Below, piece after piece: positions 20,175 to 32,199 of a stretch of 64,000 nt of DNA. The stretch comes from an uncultured Chthonomonadaceae bacterium. Lineage in GTDB: Bacteria > Armatimonadota > Chthonomonadetes > Chthonomonadales > Chthonomonadaceae. The translations under genes and the position numbers were made by a program. The stretch covers positions 181,382 through 245,381 of the forward strand of contig CAWIEK010000050.1 in NCBI GenBank assembly GCA_963835065.1, given 5' to 3'. Within the stretch, counting starts at the first letter, position 1, and the number at the start of each line of letters is the position of its first letter. The notes beneath the pieces were generated by a model. It did no database searches. It saw nothing but the letters and a program-made list of their open reading frames with translations, and had not been told where the DNA came from.

Positions 20175-22268
20175 ATGGCGGCGACAGCGACCCACTGCCC
20201 GTATTGCGCCTTGCAATGCGGCATGCATCTCGTTTCCCATACCAATAGCCCTGCCAATACGCTCACCGTCGCGCCACGCAATGATTGGCCCACCAACAAG
20301 GGCGGATTGTGCCAGAAAGGGTGGACGGCTGCCGAATTGCTGTCCCATCCCGACCGCCTGACCACGCCCCTGATGCGCGACAACAAACATTCAACCCTGC
20401 GGTCCGTGTCCTGGGAAATCGCGCTGGATCGAATCGCGCAGGAAATTACCGCCGTTCAGGAACGGTGGGGCAAAGATGCGGTGGGCGTATTCGGCGGGGG
20501 TGGCCTGACCAATGAAAAGGCGTACCTCCTGGGCAAATTTGCCCGCGTCGCTTTGGGAACCCCCCACATAGATTACAATGGCCGCTTCTGCATGTCCTCA
20601 GCGGCGGCGGCGAGCATCAAAGCGTTCGGCATAGATCGGGGCCTGCCGTTTCCTCTTGAAGACATTGCCACTGCGGACGCCATTTTACTGGTCGGCGGTA
20701 ATCCCGCTGAGGCCATGCCGCCCCTGATGCAGTATTTCGACGCGCAGCGCAAAAACGGCGGCAAGCTGATTGTCGTAGACCCGCGCCGCACTCCCACAGC
20801 CCAAAACGCCAGCCTGCACCTTCAGCCGACGCCGGGAACCGACATTGCGCTTGCCAATGGCCTGCTGCACATTGCCGCGAGTGAAGGTTATCTTGACGAG
20901 AATTTTATCGCCGCGCGGACAAACGGCTATGAGCGCGTCCGGCGCGTCCTCGCTTCCTCCTGGCCGGATCGCATCGAGCGCATCACGGGCGTTGCGGTGG
21001 CGCAGATGCGGCAGGCCGCCCAAATGCTGGGACAGGCCGGGCGCGTTCTGATTTTGACGGCGCGGGGCGCGGAGCAGCACAGCAAGGGCGTGGATACCGT
21101 TCTGGCCTTTATCAATCTTGCGCTGGCATTGGGCAAGGCGGGCAGGGAAGGCAGCGGGTACGGCTGCCTGACGGGGCAGGGAAACGGACAGGGCGGGCGC
21201 GAACACGGCCAAAAAGCCGACCAACTGCCAGGCTACCGTAAAATAGACAATCCGGTTCATCGCGCCCATATTGCTCGCGTGTGGGGCATTGATCCCGATG
21301 AACTGCCGGGTCCGGGACGCTCGGCGTATGAATTGCTCGATACGATGGGAACGGAAGGCGGCGTCCGCGCCCTGCTCGTAATGGCGTCCAACATCGTTGT
21401 TTCCGCGCCCCGCGCCGGCCATGTGCAGGAACGGCTGGACGCGCTGGATTTTCTCGTTGTGGGCGACATCTTCCTGTCCGAAACCGCCGAACGCGCCGAT
21501 GTGGTTCTGCCCGTCACGCAGTGGGCCGAAGAGACCGGCACGATGACCACGCTGGAAGGCCGGGTGCAGCTGCGGCAGCAGGCTATCGCGCCTCCTCCGG
21601 GCGTGTGGAGCGACGCGCAGATACTGGCCGCGCTTGCGCAGAAGTTGGGCAAGGGCTGTCATTTTACCGGCGATACCCGCGCCATTTTCGAGGAACTGCG
21701 CCGGGCAAGCGCGGGCGGTCCGGCGGATTACGCGGGCATTACCTATGAGCGGATACAAAAAGAAAACGGCGTCTTCTGGCCCTGTCCCGATGAAGCGCAT
21801 CCGGGCACGCCGCGCCTGTTCCTGGACCGCTTCGCCACCCCGGACGGCAGAGCCAATTTCCATGCCGTGATGTACCGGGCGGCCGCCGAAGAACCGGACG
21901 ACGAGTATCCCCTCTATCTGACGACCGGGCGCGTTATGGCGCAGTACCAGAGCGGAACGCAGACGCGGCGCGTGGGCGCTTTGCGCGACCTGGCTCCCGA
22001 TTGCTTTGTCGAAATACATCCCCTGCTGGCGCGGCGCTTTGACATTGCGGATAGCGAAATGGTTCACGTTGCTACGCGGCGGGGCGTGTGCGAGGCCCGC
22101 GCCCGCCTGACCGCTTCCATTCGGCAGGACACGCTGTTTTTGCCCTTTCACTATGGGGGCGCGGGACGCGCCAATCTGCTGACCAATCCGGCCCTCGATC
22201 CCGTTTCCAAAATGCCGGAATTCAAAGTATGCGCCGCGCGCATCCAAAAACGGAACGCCGAGGATTAG
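20175..22268 (+). CDS. nasA: Assimilatory nitrate reductase catalytic subunit (Mo-bisPGD, NasA/NarB type)
   Basis: HCPYCALQCG...LCQKG [4Fe-4S] motif, NGRFCMSSA, LTGQGNGQGGRE, DPVSKMPEFK; AGGAGG RBS. Confidence 0.93.
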   Translation: MAATATHCPYCALQCGMHLVSHTNSPANTLTVAPRNDWPTNKGGLCQKGWTAAELLSHPDRLTTPLMRDNKHSTLRSVSWEIALDRIAQEITAVQERWGKDAVGVFGGGGLTNEKAYLLGKFARVALGTPHIDYNGRFCMSSAAAASIKAFGIDRGLPFPLEDIATADAILLVGGNPAEAMPPLMQYFDAQRKNGGKLIVVDPRRTPTAQNASLHLQPTPGTDIALANGLLHIAASEGYLDENFIAARTNGYERVRRVLASSWPDRIERITGVAVAQMRQAAQMLGQAGRVLILTARGAEQHSKGVDTVLAFINLALALGKAGREGSGYGCLTGQGNGQGGREHGQKADQLPGYRKIDNPVHRAHIARVWGIDPDELPGPGRSAYELLDTMGTEGGVRALLVMASNIVVSAPRAGHVQERLDALDFLVVGDIFLSETAERADVVLPVTQWAEETGTMTTLEGRVQLRQQAIAPPPGVWSDAQILAALAQKLGKGCHFTGDTRAIFEELRRASAGGPADYAGITYERIQKENGVFWPCPDEAHPGTPRLFLDRFATPDGRANFHAVMYRAAAEEPDDEYPLYLTTGRVMAQYQSGTQTRRVGALRDLAPDCFVEIHPLLARRFDIADSEMVHVATRRGVCEARARLTASIRQDTLFLPFHYGGAGRANLLTNPALDPVSKMPEFKVCAARIQKRNAED

Positions 22269-22339
22269 GCGTTGACAAGACCGCAGCACAGGCGAATTTG
22301 GTATGCCGTTCCATTATTGTTCCATTCAGGAGGGAACTT

Positions 22340-23998
22340 GTGAAGATTAGTGAACTGAAAACCAGCGGACATGCGCCCTCGCTCCTCAGCGCGTTTTTGC
22401 ACTTCGATATTTCGTTTATGGTGTGGGTGATCCTGGGCGCGCTGATGCCCTACATCGCCAACGACGCCGCGCTGACGGGCGCAAACCTCAAAATCATGCC
22501 CACCGCGCAGGTTCAGGCGGCAGGGCAGTACACCGTTTTGATCAAAGGGCCGCAGACCGTCAAGGACAACCCGAAACTGAAAGCGGACCAGCCCAAAAAC
22601 GTGTACAACCTCCTCATCAAGCCGGGAGATGTGGCGCAGGCCACGCGGGCAAGCGTCGCGCCCGTTGAAAAGTACGTGCTGGACAACGCGAACCCGGCCA
22701 CGCTTGCCGCGCTGAACGCCAAATCGGGCTTAATCCGCGTTGCCCTGGCGCCCGAAGCGCAGGGCAACCCGAACGAGAACGTGGTCGCGCTCAAGCCTGC
22801 GAGTGCGCTGCAAAGCGAGGGCAAGGCCGCGCAGACCATTGCCAACGGCTACTCCGCGTCGGTGAAACTGTCCCTTGTCGGGCTGCCGCTTCTGGCGGCG
22901 GGGTTCTGGCGTATTCTGCTGGGCATGCTGGTGGATCGGTTCAATTCGCGGCGCGTCGGCATCGTGTCCCTGACCGTGACGCTGCTCCCGCTGCTTGTCG
23001 GCTGGAAGTTCGGCACGACGTACAGTTCCCTGCTGTTCATCGGCTTCTTTTTGGGTCTGGCGGGCGCGTCCTTTGCCGTGTCCCTGCCACTTGCAAGCCG
23101 CTGGTATCCGCCGCATTTGCAGGGATTGGCGATGGGACTGGCGGGCATGGGCAATTCCGGCACGGTGATGGCGACTATTTTCGCGCCGATGCTGGCCCGC
23201 GCGTATGGCTGGCATATGGTGATGGCATTGCTCATGGTTCCCGTTGTGCTGACGCTGATCGTCTTCACGCTGCTTGCCAAAGACCCGCCGGTTGGCGCGG
23301 CGCGGCGTTCCGGGCTTGGCGATTACATCGGCGTCTTAATGACCCCGGATGCGTGGTGGTTCTGCGTCCTGTATTTCGTCACGTTCGGCGGGTTTGTCGG
23401 CCTGTCCAGTTTCTTCAACACGTTTTTCGTGGATCAGTACGACGCGCCCAAAGCGGCTGTGGGGCTTTGGACATGGCCGTTTATCCTGGCGGGGTCGCTG
23501 ATACGGCCGGTGGGCGGCGCGCTGGCGGACCGGCTTGGCGGCATACGCATGCTCAATCTGCTGTACGGCACGGTGATTGTCATGGCGCTCGGCGTGGGCG
23601 CGTTTATTCACAGTTTTCCCGTGACCTGCGCCCTCCTGTTCGTGCTGATGGCGTGTCTGGGCATGGGCAACGGGTCGGTCTTTCAGCTGGTTCCGCAGCG
23701 CTTCAAAAAAGAGATCGGCGTCATGACCGGGCTGGTGGGCGCGGCGGGCGGCGTGGGCGGGTATTACCTGAACTTCGCGCTCGGCCATCTGCACGATTCG
23801 ACCGGGACGTATGCCAGCGGGTTTTATGCGTTTGCCGCGATTGCGCTGGTCGCGTTCGTGATCCTGCGGGTCGTATCGCCCGTCTGGATGCGCTCGTGGC
23901 TCGGAGCGGGCGGCGTGGCCGTTCCCGCGCCCGCCTTGCCCGAACAAGCCGTTGTCGCGGGCCGAACCTCGCCCACTCTGGAACCGGCGAACTCCTGA
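22340..23998 (+). CDS. narK: NarK/NRT2-family nitrate/nitrite MFS transporter with large loop-1 insertion
   Basis: GH.PSL.SAFLHFD.SFMVW, GASFAV...GLAGMGNSG, YFVTFGGFVG and GMGNGSVFQLVP nitrate signatures; GTG start after AGGAGG. Confidence 0.92.
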   Translation: MKISELKTSGHAPSLLSAFLHFDISFMVWVILGALMPYIANDAALTGANLKIMPTAQVQAAGQYTVLIKGPQTVKDNPKLKADQPKNVYNLLIKPGDVAQATRASVAPVEKYVLDNANPATLAALNAKSGLIRVALAPEAQGNPNENVVALKPASALQSEGKAAQTIANGYSASVKLSLVGLPLLAAGFWRILLGMLVDRFNSRRVGIVSLTVTLLPLLVGWKFGTTYSSLLFIGFFLGLAGASFAVSLPLASRWYPPHLQGLAMGLAGMGNSGTVMATIFAPMLARAYGWHMVMALLMVPVVLTLIVFTLLAKDPPVGAARRSGLGDYIGVLMTPDAWWFCVLYFVTFGGFVGLSSFFNTFFVDQYDAPKAAVGLWTWPFILAGSLIRPVGGALADRLGGIRMLNLLYGTVIVMALGVGAFIHSFPVTCALLFVLMACLGMGNGSVFQLVPQRFKKEIGVMTGLVGAAGGVGGYYLNFALGHLHDSTGTYASGFYAFAAIALVAFVILRVVSPVWMRSWLGAGGVAVPAPALPEQAVVAGRTSPTLEPANS

Positions 23999-24053
23999 AC
24001 CGCATCCATAAGCAACACTTAAATAACAATACTTAAACAAAGAAGGAACTTTT

Positions 24054-24401
24054 ATGTACTCGAAACCCCGTTTGCTGCAAGGCGTGTTCGATTTTCAAGG
24101 CAAAGGCTACGATCAGCCCATGCTCCTCTCGGAAAGCCTCTCGTACATCGTGCCGGTCGGAAAGCGCGCGCAGTTCATCTATTTCCGGGGCGGCAATTCA
24201 ACCGACCAGATGATCTACGTCGTCCTGCATCGGGATGGGAAACCCATGCGTTATTTCCCCATCGGAGCCAGAGCGGATACCCATGTCGCGCTCGCCGTCG
24301 TCGAGGATTTGATGTCCGAGACGCGCGTGGAAGCCTTTATCGCCGCGCCCGAAGGCGTGACGGGTACGCTTGTCGTAGACATCGGACTCGTGGAAATCTA
24401 G
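24054..24401 (+). CDS. Small conserved hypothetical protein of nitrate-assimilation clusters
   Basis: 115 aa, AAGGA RBS, YFRGGNS and MRYFPIGA motifs; lies between narK and nirB. Confidence 0.75.
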   Translation: MYSKPRLLQGVFDFQGKGYDQPMLLSESLSYIVPVGKRAQFIYFRGGNSTDQMIYVVLHRDGKPMRYFPIGARADTHVALAVVEDLMSETRVEAFIAAPEGVTGTLVVDIGLVEI

Positions 24402-24509
24402 TTTCCATTTTTTACATCGCGTGTTCTCAGGAATCAGCGCGCCCGAAACTTGCCACACCATTTTTCATTATTTAAGGCCGGGCCGGGCGCGCGAAAGGCA
24501 GTCGTTTAT

Positions 24510-27135
24510 ATGACAACCCTTGAAATAATACCCCTTCAGCACAACGCTATCGCCTATCACACAGACAACAATAGCCCGCAAATGACAGGCGGCAGACAGC
24601 GCCTTGTCGTGGTTGGCAACGGCATGGCCGGGGCGCGGGCGGTGGAAGAAATTTTGCTGCGCGGCGGAGATGCCCAATTCGACATCACCATGTTCGGGGA
24701 TGAGCCGTATGGCAACTACAACCGAATCCTGCTGTCCAATGTCCTCAACGGCTCGCAGGACGCCCGCGACATTTTTATGAACCCCCTGGACTGGTACAAA
24801 GAAAACAACATCACGCTCCATGCGGGCGTTCGCGTCGCGCATATTGACCGGCAGGCGAAGCAGGTCATTGGGGCGGACGGAACCACAGTGGGCTACGACA
24901 AACTGCTGATCGCCACCGGCAGCCGCCCCTTTGTGCCGCCCATTGCCGGACTGGAACGCGGTGACGAGGAAGGCGGCGGGCATAAGCCGGGCGTGTTCGT
25001 GTTTCGCACCCTGGACGACTGCACGAAAATCGCGGGCTACGCCACCAAGTGCCGCAAAGCGGCTGTTATCGGCGGCGGCCTGCTCGGACTGGAAGCGGCG
25101 CGGGGACTGCTCAATTACGGCGTGGAAGTGCATGTGATCCATCTGAGCGGCTGGCTGATGAATCAGCAGTTGGACGCGCAGGCGGGAGCCATTCTCAAAT
25201 CCACGATGGAAAAAATGGGCGTGAAGGTGCATCTGGAAAAGAACACGCGGGAAGTGATCGGGCAGGAGCGCGTGGAGGGAATTACGTTCAAAGACGGCAG
25301 TACGCTCGATTGCGACATGGTGATTATTTCGACCGGCATCACGCCCAACGCCGAAATCGGGCAGGCTTGCGGCCTGACGGTAGAACGCGCCATTGTCACC
25401 GACAACCAGATGCGCAGCGTGGACGACCCGGACGTATACGTGGTGGGCGAGTGCGCGCAGCATCGGGGGCGGGTGTACGGCCTTGTCGCGCCCCTGTGGG
25501 AACAGGCGCAGACCTTTGCCGACCACATCACGGGCAAAAACCCGGACGCGGCCTATCACGGCAGCAAAATCGCCACCAAACTCAAAGTGATGGGCGTGGA
25601 ATTGGCCTCGATGGGCGTCACGGAGGCTACGGATGAGCGCGACGAAGTGGTGCAGTTTTCGGAACCCAAGCGCGGCACGTACAAAAAACTGATTATCCGC
25701 GACGGCATGTTGATTGGGGCGATGCTGTTGGGCGACATCAGCAAAGCCGCCTATCTGATGCAGGCGTTTGACCGGGGAACGCCCCTGCCGGAAGAGCGAT
25801 TAAACCTTCTTTTCGACATCGGCGCTCCGTCCAAAGAAATAACGATGCTGGAAATGCCCGATGACGCGCAGGTGTGTAACTGCAACGGCGTCAGCAAGGG
25901 CGCGATCCGCAAATGCGTTCTGGCGGGAAAGCGCAGCGCGAAATCGGTCATGGAAGTGACGCGAGCGGGCATGGGCTGCGGCTCGTGCAAGGCGCTGATA
26001 AACGAGATTGTGGAGTGGGCCTGCGAGGGGCAGATCGAGGAAGACCCGTCCATTCACTATTATGTGCCGGGCGTGCCGCTTGCCAAGCCGGAACTCGTCC
26101 GCGCCATCCGGGAGCAGGAACTGAAATCGGTTTCCGCCGTGTTTCGCGCCCTTGCGGACGGCATGGAAGACCCGGCGAGTAAGCCCGGACTGGCTTCGCT
26201 GCTCGCGCAGATGTGGGGCGCGGAGTATGATGATGAGCGCGACGCCCGCTTCATCAACGACCGCGTTCACGCCAACATTCAAAAAGACGGCACGTTCAGC
26301 GTGATACCGCAGATCGCGGGCGGCATCACCAACCCCGACCAATTGCGCCGCATTGCGGATGTGGCGGATAAATATCAGGTTCCTCTCGTGAAGCTGACGG
26401 GCGGGCAGCGCATTGACCTGCTGGGCATCAAAAAGGACGACCTGCCCCGCGTGTGGAAAGACCTGGGTATGCCGTCAGGACATGCGTACGGCAAGCAGTA
26501 CCGGACGTGTAAAAGCTGCGTAGGCACGGATTTCTGCCGCTTCGGGCTGGGCGACAGCACCAAACTGGCGCAGGAAGTCGAGGCGCGTTTTCAGGGATTG
26601 GAATCACCCGGCAAGCTGAAACTGGCGACGGCGGGCTGCCCGCGCAACTGCTCGGAAGCGTATATCAAAGATGTGGGTATTGTGGCCGTCGAGGGCGGGC
26701 GATGGGAAATCTATGTGGGCGGCGCGGGCGGGCGCGCATGTCCGCAAGGGCGATCTGCTCTGTACGGTGGAAACGCACGAGGACGTTCTGCTGCTGGCGG
26801 GCCGCTTTATGCAATACTACCGCGAAAACGCCAAGTATCTGGAGCGCACGTATGCGTTCGTGCCCCGCATCGGCATAGATAAAATCCGCGCCATTGTGGT
26901 GGACGACAGCGAAGGCATCGCGGCCCGCCTGGACGCGGTAATTCAGGACCATGCCGACCACTACGTTGATCCGTGGAAGGAAGCCGTGGAACCTAAAACG
27001 GCCAATCAGTTTACGTCCACGCTTGCCATTGGAGGGGAGGCCGTTGTAAATGATATGGCTGTAAGGGAGACAATCGGGAAGGGCGCAAATTTGCCTGTCC
27101 GGGCAAATCAAAACGCGGCGGAGGTGACGGCATGA
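24510..27135 (+). CDS. nirB: NAD(P)H nitrite reductase large subunit (apparent frameshift ~26727)
   Basis: VGNGMAG, YNRILLS, GGGLLGLEAA, CNCN...CGSC, CKSCVG..FCRFG and GCPRNC motifs; C-terminus continues in ORF 26671-27135. Confidence 0.95.
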
Positions 27136-27476
27136 CGGCGACGGAAACGCGGGAGCAGGTAAAATCTGCGGAATACAACATCGGTTCTGTTGCGCAAATC
27201 CCTTTGGGCGAGGGGCGGCAATTTCGCATCGGTGGATATGAAATCGCCGTGTTCCGGGCGCGTAATGGCGGCGTTTATGCCACGCAGGCGGCCTGCCCGC
27301 ACCGCGATGGCCCGCTGATAGACGGGCTGCTGGGCGGCAGCGTTCTTGTCTGCCCGCTGCATGCCTGGAAATGGGAATTGACGACAGGCCAGCCGCTCAT
27401 GGGCGAGTGCGCCCTGACGACCTACCCGGCGCGGCTGACGGAAGCCGGGGAGATCATTGTAAGCCTACAGCCTTGA
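27132..27476 (+). CDS. nirD: Nitrite reductase small subunit, Rieske 2Fe-2S
   Basis: CPH...CPLH; ATGA overlap with nirB. Confidence 0.9.
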   Translation: MTATETREQVKSAEYNIGSVAQIPLGEGRQFRIGGYEIAVFRARNGGVYATQAACPHRDGPLIDGLLGGSVLVCPLHAWKWELTTGQPLMGECALTTYPARLTEAGEIIVSLQP

Positions 27477-27514
27477 CGTTACTCAGCGTCCGTAAATCTA
27501 TAACTTCCCGTCAC

Positions 27515-27560
27515 GCGGGCGTGATAATCACGAGGCGGGCGTGATAAATCACGCCCCTAC
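27515..27560. repeat. GTAG-type REP-like palindrome, 1.5 tandem copies
   Basis: gcgggcgtgataatcacg followed by gcgggcgtgataaatcacgcccctac; matches 1878-1901. Confidence 0.7.
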
Positions 27561-27877
27561 AAATGTGTTGGGAACTTGTTCTTTTACAGACCCTTGGAAC
27601 CAATTCCAATGGCCCTCAGCCCGAACCCCTTCTCTTAATTTTGGAAAAGGGGTTCGGGTTCCGATACGTCTTTAATGAAGCGAGGAGTTAAACGCATCAT
27701 TTGTCTACTTGTTTTTAGCCCAAAAAAACGCTAGGATAATCCTATACATCAATGTCGGGCCAGACTGCTAAACCTCCCCTTCTTCTGCCGCCCCACTATC
27801 GTCGTTTTCTTTCGCGTCAAGCGGAAATTCAATACAAACTGTCGAGTCTCTCACGTCTCCACAAAGGAGAGAGGATA

Positions 27878-30800
27878 ATGTACGCAAATCATTCGCGGGC
27901 GCTTCCCGTACTCCCTCCCGGTCGTCGTATCGGTTGGATGCTGGCGCTGTCTGCCACTCTGCTGCTGACCGCTTTCACTCCGCGCGCGTACGCGCAGCGC
28001 GGTGTTCCCGGCAGCCCTGTTTCGATTGTTGGAAATAAGCCCGTTAATCCCCACGTTCAGGCTCAGATTGCCGCGCTGGAAGCGGAAAAAGACGCGCGCA
28101 CTCCCACCCAGCGCAAAATCGATCTCGCAGCTCCTGTATACCTACAAAATGGCGCGGCATCAGGCCATTGCTCCCGGCGTTGCCACCCTGGAAACCTCGA
28201 TAACCCTGGATAACAAGGGTATGACCCTTGTAGATATAGACGCCCGCAATACCGTCGTTCTGCTGAAACAAATCGCGCATAATGGCGTGATCGTCAACAA
28301 TTTCCCGCGCCTGAATTCTATACGCGCTTTGGTGCCGCTGACGCTGATCCCCATCCTGGCTGCCAGCCCGGACGTAACGTTTATTCGTCCCGCAGACCGA
28401 TACCACCTGTTAGGACGCAAAATTCCTACGTTGCGAACCCGGCAGGCAGGGCCCGCGCCGATGCTCTTTCCTGCTGTCCCGCCTGCCTTCGCGCCGTCCG
28501 CATTTTTGCCAGCCGTCGTTCGGGAGCAGCGTCTGTCTGCGTTTCTGCCACCCGCAGCGCGCGAACAGCGCCTGCGAAACGCGCTGCCCGGCCTCGTAAC
28601 CCGAGCGCGGCAATCTGCTGCTTACTTTTCCCTCGCGGACTTGCCTGCGCCCACGCTGTCTTCCCGCTTCCTGGCAACGCCTGCCGCATCGTCCCTGAAC
28701 GCGGCAGGGCTGTCGGGGCTGACGACCTTTGCCGCGGGATTTTATACCCGCGCGGGCAGCATCACGTCCGAAGGAGATGCCACGCACCGCGCCGACCTCG
28801 CGCGCAGCATCTTTCAGGCAGATGGAACCGGCATCAAAATCGGCGTCCTTTCCGACGGCGTTTCCAGCCTGGCAACGTCGCAAAGTACAGGCTGATCTTG
28901 GCCCCGTCACCGTGCTGCCGGGACAGGCGGGGCCTTCCGGGGGCGATGAAGGCACGGCGATGCTGGAAATCGTTCATGACCTCGCGCCAGGCGCGTCCCT
29001 GTATTTTGCCACTGCCGACACCGGCGTTTCCTCCTTCGCCACCAACATCCGCAATCTGCGCGCCGCCGGCTGCGATATCATTGTGGATGATGTCGGGTAT
29101 TTGAATAAATCGCCGTTCCAGGACGGGCCAATTGCCCAGGCCGTCAATGATGTCACCGCAAATGGCGCGCTTTATTTTTCGGCGTGCGGCAATGGCGGCA
29201 ACAAGGACGACAACACGGCTTCCATCTGGCAGGGGGACTTTGTAGATGGAGGCGCGGCCACGCTGGAAGCCTCCAGTGGAACCGGATCGCGCCTGCACAG
29301 TTTTGGAATCACTGCCTACAATACCGCGAGTGTGGCTTTCAGCCAGACCCTGACTGTGGGTTTGTTCTGGTCCGACCCTTTGAAGGGATCTGCCAATGAC
29401 TATGACCTGTACGTTCTCGATCCGACGGGAGCCAGTGTCATCAGCGCTTCCACCACGACTCAGAACGGCAGGCAGGACCCCTATGAACACACGACGGTCA
29501 CAGATGGACAGCAGCTTGTCATTGTCAAGCGCGCCGCCGCCGCCGCGCGCTTCCTGCATCTGAACATGTTTGCCGATGATGGAGTTTCAACCCTGGCTGT
29601 CAATACGCCTGGTGGTATTGTGGGACATCCCGCTGCGGCGAACGCCTTTGCTGTGGCGGCTACGCCCGCCGTCGGTCCTTACCCCAACCCTTTCGACTTC
29701 CGCGATGTGGTGGAAACTTTCAGCAGCGACGGGCCGCGCCGCGTCTTCTTCAACGCCGACGGCACGGCCATTACGCCCGGCAACTTCTCGTCCACGGGCG
29801 GCGCGGTTCGTAACAAGCCCGACATTACGGCTGCCGATGGCGTGTCCACTTCCGTCAATGGCTTCAGTCCTTTCTTCGGAACCAGCGCCGCCGCGCCCCA
29901 TGCCGCCGCGATTGCCGGCCTGCTCAAATCCTACAATCCCGCGCTGACCTTTGCGCAGGTACAAGCCGCTCTGGAAGGGACGGCCATTGACATCATGGCG
30001 CCCGGCTACGACCGGGACAGCGGGTTCGGAATTCTGGATGCCGCCGCCGCCCTCAATAGCATTCCTGTCGGCGCGCTGACCTCGGTTGCGCTCACGTCCG
30101 GCAGCGTGTCCGGCGGCATGACCGCGCAGGGCATCGTCACGCTGCACGACCCGGCTCCCTCCGGTGGCGCGGTCGTGACGCTTTCCGCCACTCCCGCAAG
30201 CGTTGCGTCCGTTCCCGCCAGCGTCACGGTTCCCGCCGGCCAGACAAGCGCGACTTTCCCCATCACGACGACAGCCGGAACGATTGACGCGACGGCGATG
30301 ATTGTGGCGAAGTACAGTGGCATTTCGCGCTTCACAACGCTCACGGTTGTCGCTCGTTATCTCATCAGCGGAACCGTGACCACGCTGGACGGGGCCGGGG
30401 TCAGCGGCGTCACGCTTTCCGCCAATGGAACCGGAATCGGGACGCTGCCCACGCAAACAGTTTCACCCGGCCTTGCCATTCCCGACGGTTTAGATAATAC
30501 GGGAAATAATCCCGGCGCAGTGGTCTCCGCGCCACTCACAATTTCTTCGCCGGGAACGGTAACCGCGGTACAGGTGGGCGTCAATATCACGCATACGTTT
30601 CGCGGCGACCTCCAAATTACTCTGGTTCACCCGGACGGCACGGCAGTTGTCCTGAAAAACCCCGGTGACGACCCCGGCCAAAATGTCATCACCAGCTACC
30701 CGGATCAGAGTGACCCTGTCGGCGACCTGTCCACGTTCGTCGGCAAGCCTGCCGCCGGCACCTGGCACTTGACCGCGCAGGATTTCTTTAGCCAAGATAC

Positions 30801-31329
30801 GGGTACGCTCAACTCCTTCAGCCTGACGCTGACGGTCAACGGCGTTCCGGTTACGCTGACGACTTCGACAGGCAGTGATGGCGGGTACTCGTTTTCCAAC
30901 CAGCGTTCCGGCGCGTTCACGCTGACGCCCGCCAAAGCGGGATTCGATTTCATTCCCCATACGCGCGCCGTGACGATAGGCCCCAACCAGACAGGCCAGA
31001 ACTTTACCCTGTCGCAGGCGGGTATTCGTACTACGGCGACGGCGGCGTTTGTCGGCGGCGCGTACCAGATTACGGTGACATGCGCCAACAACGCCCAAAC
31101 CGGCGCTCAGAACACGCAAATCACGCGCGCCACATTGGGAGCGTCTGCCGCGCCCACGTCCCCGGCTCTGCCGGCCAATCTGGGTACGCTGCCTTCGGGA
31201 AGCGCGGGCAGCGTGACGCTGACGTATCCCGTTTCCGCCGGCGCGCATGGTTCCAAAGTGCTGCTGCGTTTGTCCGGCGCGTCTTCCCTGGGCAGTTTCG
31301 GCGGCTCGCTGTTGATCACGCTGCCGTAA
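27878..31329 (+). CDS. Secreted S8 subtilase with P-proprotein convertase and Ig-like domains (apparent frameshifts ~28124 and ~28893)
   Basis: IGVLSDG, DEGTAMLEIVHD, KPDITAADG, FFGTSAAAPH; NITHTFRGDL...GTWHL P-domain. Confidence 0.88.
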
Positions 31330-31385
31330 ACACGCTGCCGTAAACCCGTATTTCGCGGCAAGGAACCCGCATAAGGACCCGCCTC

Positions 31386-31982
31386 ATGATCCCGTATCGC
31401 CCAAAACGCATATGTCTATCTTTGCTCGTCGGATTGGCCTGCCTCTGCTGGCAGGCTTCCGCCGGCGCGCAACTGGTGATCACGTCCACCAATCCCAACA
31501 TCTTCACGGCCACGCCCGGACAAACCTTGTCCCTGAGCGCCACCGTGCAGAATCTGTTCAGCAGCGCGTTTTATTTCCTGGGCGACAACCCCAACTTTAC
31601 CAGCGGTCCAGGCCCGACGGAGATCGGTACGCCCACCTCCAGCCTGACGGTAGCGCTGGATGATACGCCGTTTGCCGGGACGCCCACCGCCCCCGCGTTT
31701 CCGCCCCCGCTTGCCGCTTCCGAACAGCGCGTCATTCCCCTTGCCAACATCTTTGTGGGGCAGAACGCCACGCCGGGAACTTATACGGGGTATTTCACCA
31801 TTCAGGGCAATACCGATCCCAACGGCGCGGCCAACGATCAGGCAACGGAAAACTTTCAACTGACCATCACCGCCGCGCCGATCCCCGAAACCTCCACGCT
31901 GCTGTCGTTGGGACTGCTGACGATGTTCGGCGCCTGGAACTTTCGCCGCGCCCGCTGCAAGCCGGCAATGGGGTCCGATTAG
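31386..31982 (+). CDS. PEP-CTERM-like sorted surface protein
   Basis: Signal peptide; C-terminal IPETST, TM helix and RRAR basic tail. Confidence 0.75.
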   Translation: MIPYRPKRICLSLLVGLACLCWQASAGAQLVITSTNPNIFTATPGQTLSLSATVQNLFSSAFYFLGDNPNFTSGPGPTEIGTPTSSLTVALDDTPFAGTPTAPAFPPPLAASEQRVIPLANIFVGQNATPGTYTGYFTIQGNTDPNGAANDQATENFQLTITAAPIPETSTLLSLGLLTMFGAWNFRRARCKPAMGSD

Positions 31983-32199
31983 CCAACACAGGACCATTTT
32001 TCTTATCGCGTATCGCAAATGACGGATTGACGGACAGCCCCAACCACAAAACAGCGTCCTTGCGGCGCTGTTTCTGTTTCTCACCCCGGCGCGCAAACCA
32101 CGCTTCCCGACTTTGCGCGCCTGCGAATTTCCGCAGAGGCGATATGCTTTTCTGAAGAGTACCTCCTACGGCCTGCTCCCTACTTCCCGCTTCCTGCTC

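Noticed and set aside
26720..26740. Programmed frameshift in nirB, tkt or the ABC-F gene
   Set aside because: No slippery heptamer or stimulatory structure; the pattern matches sequencing insertions.
28495..28575. Short tandem duplication SAFLP...REQRL in the S8 propeptide
   Set aside because: Real, but it lies in a low-complexity linker with no functional inference.
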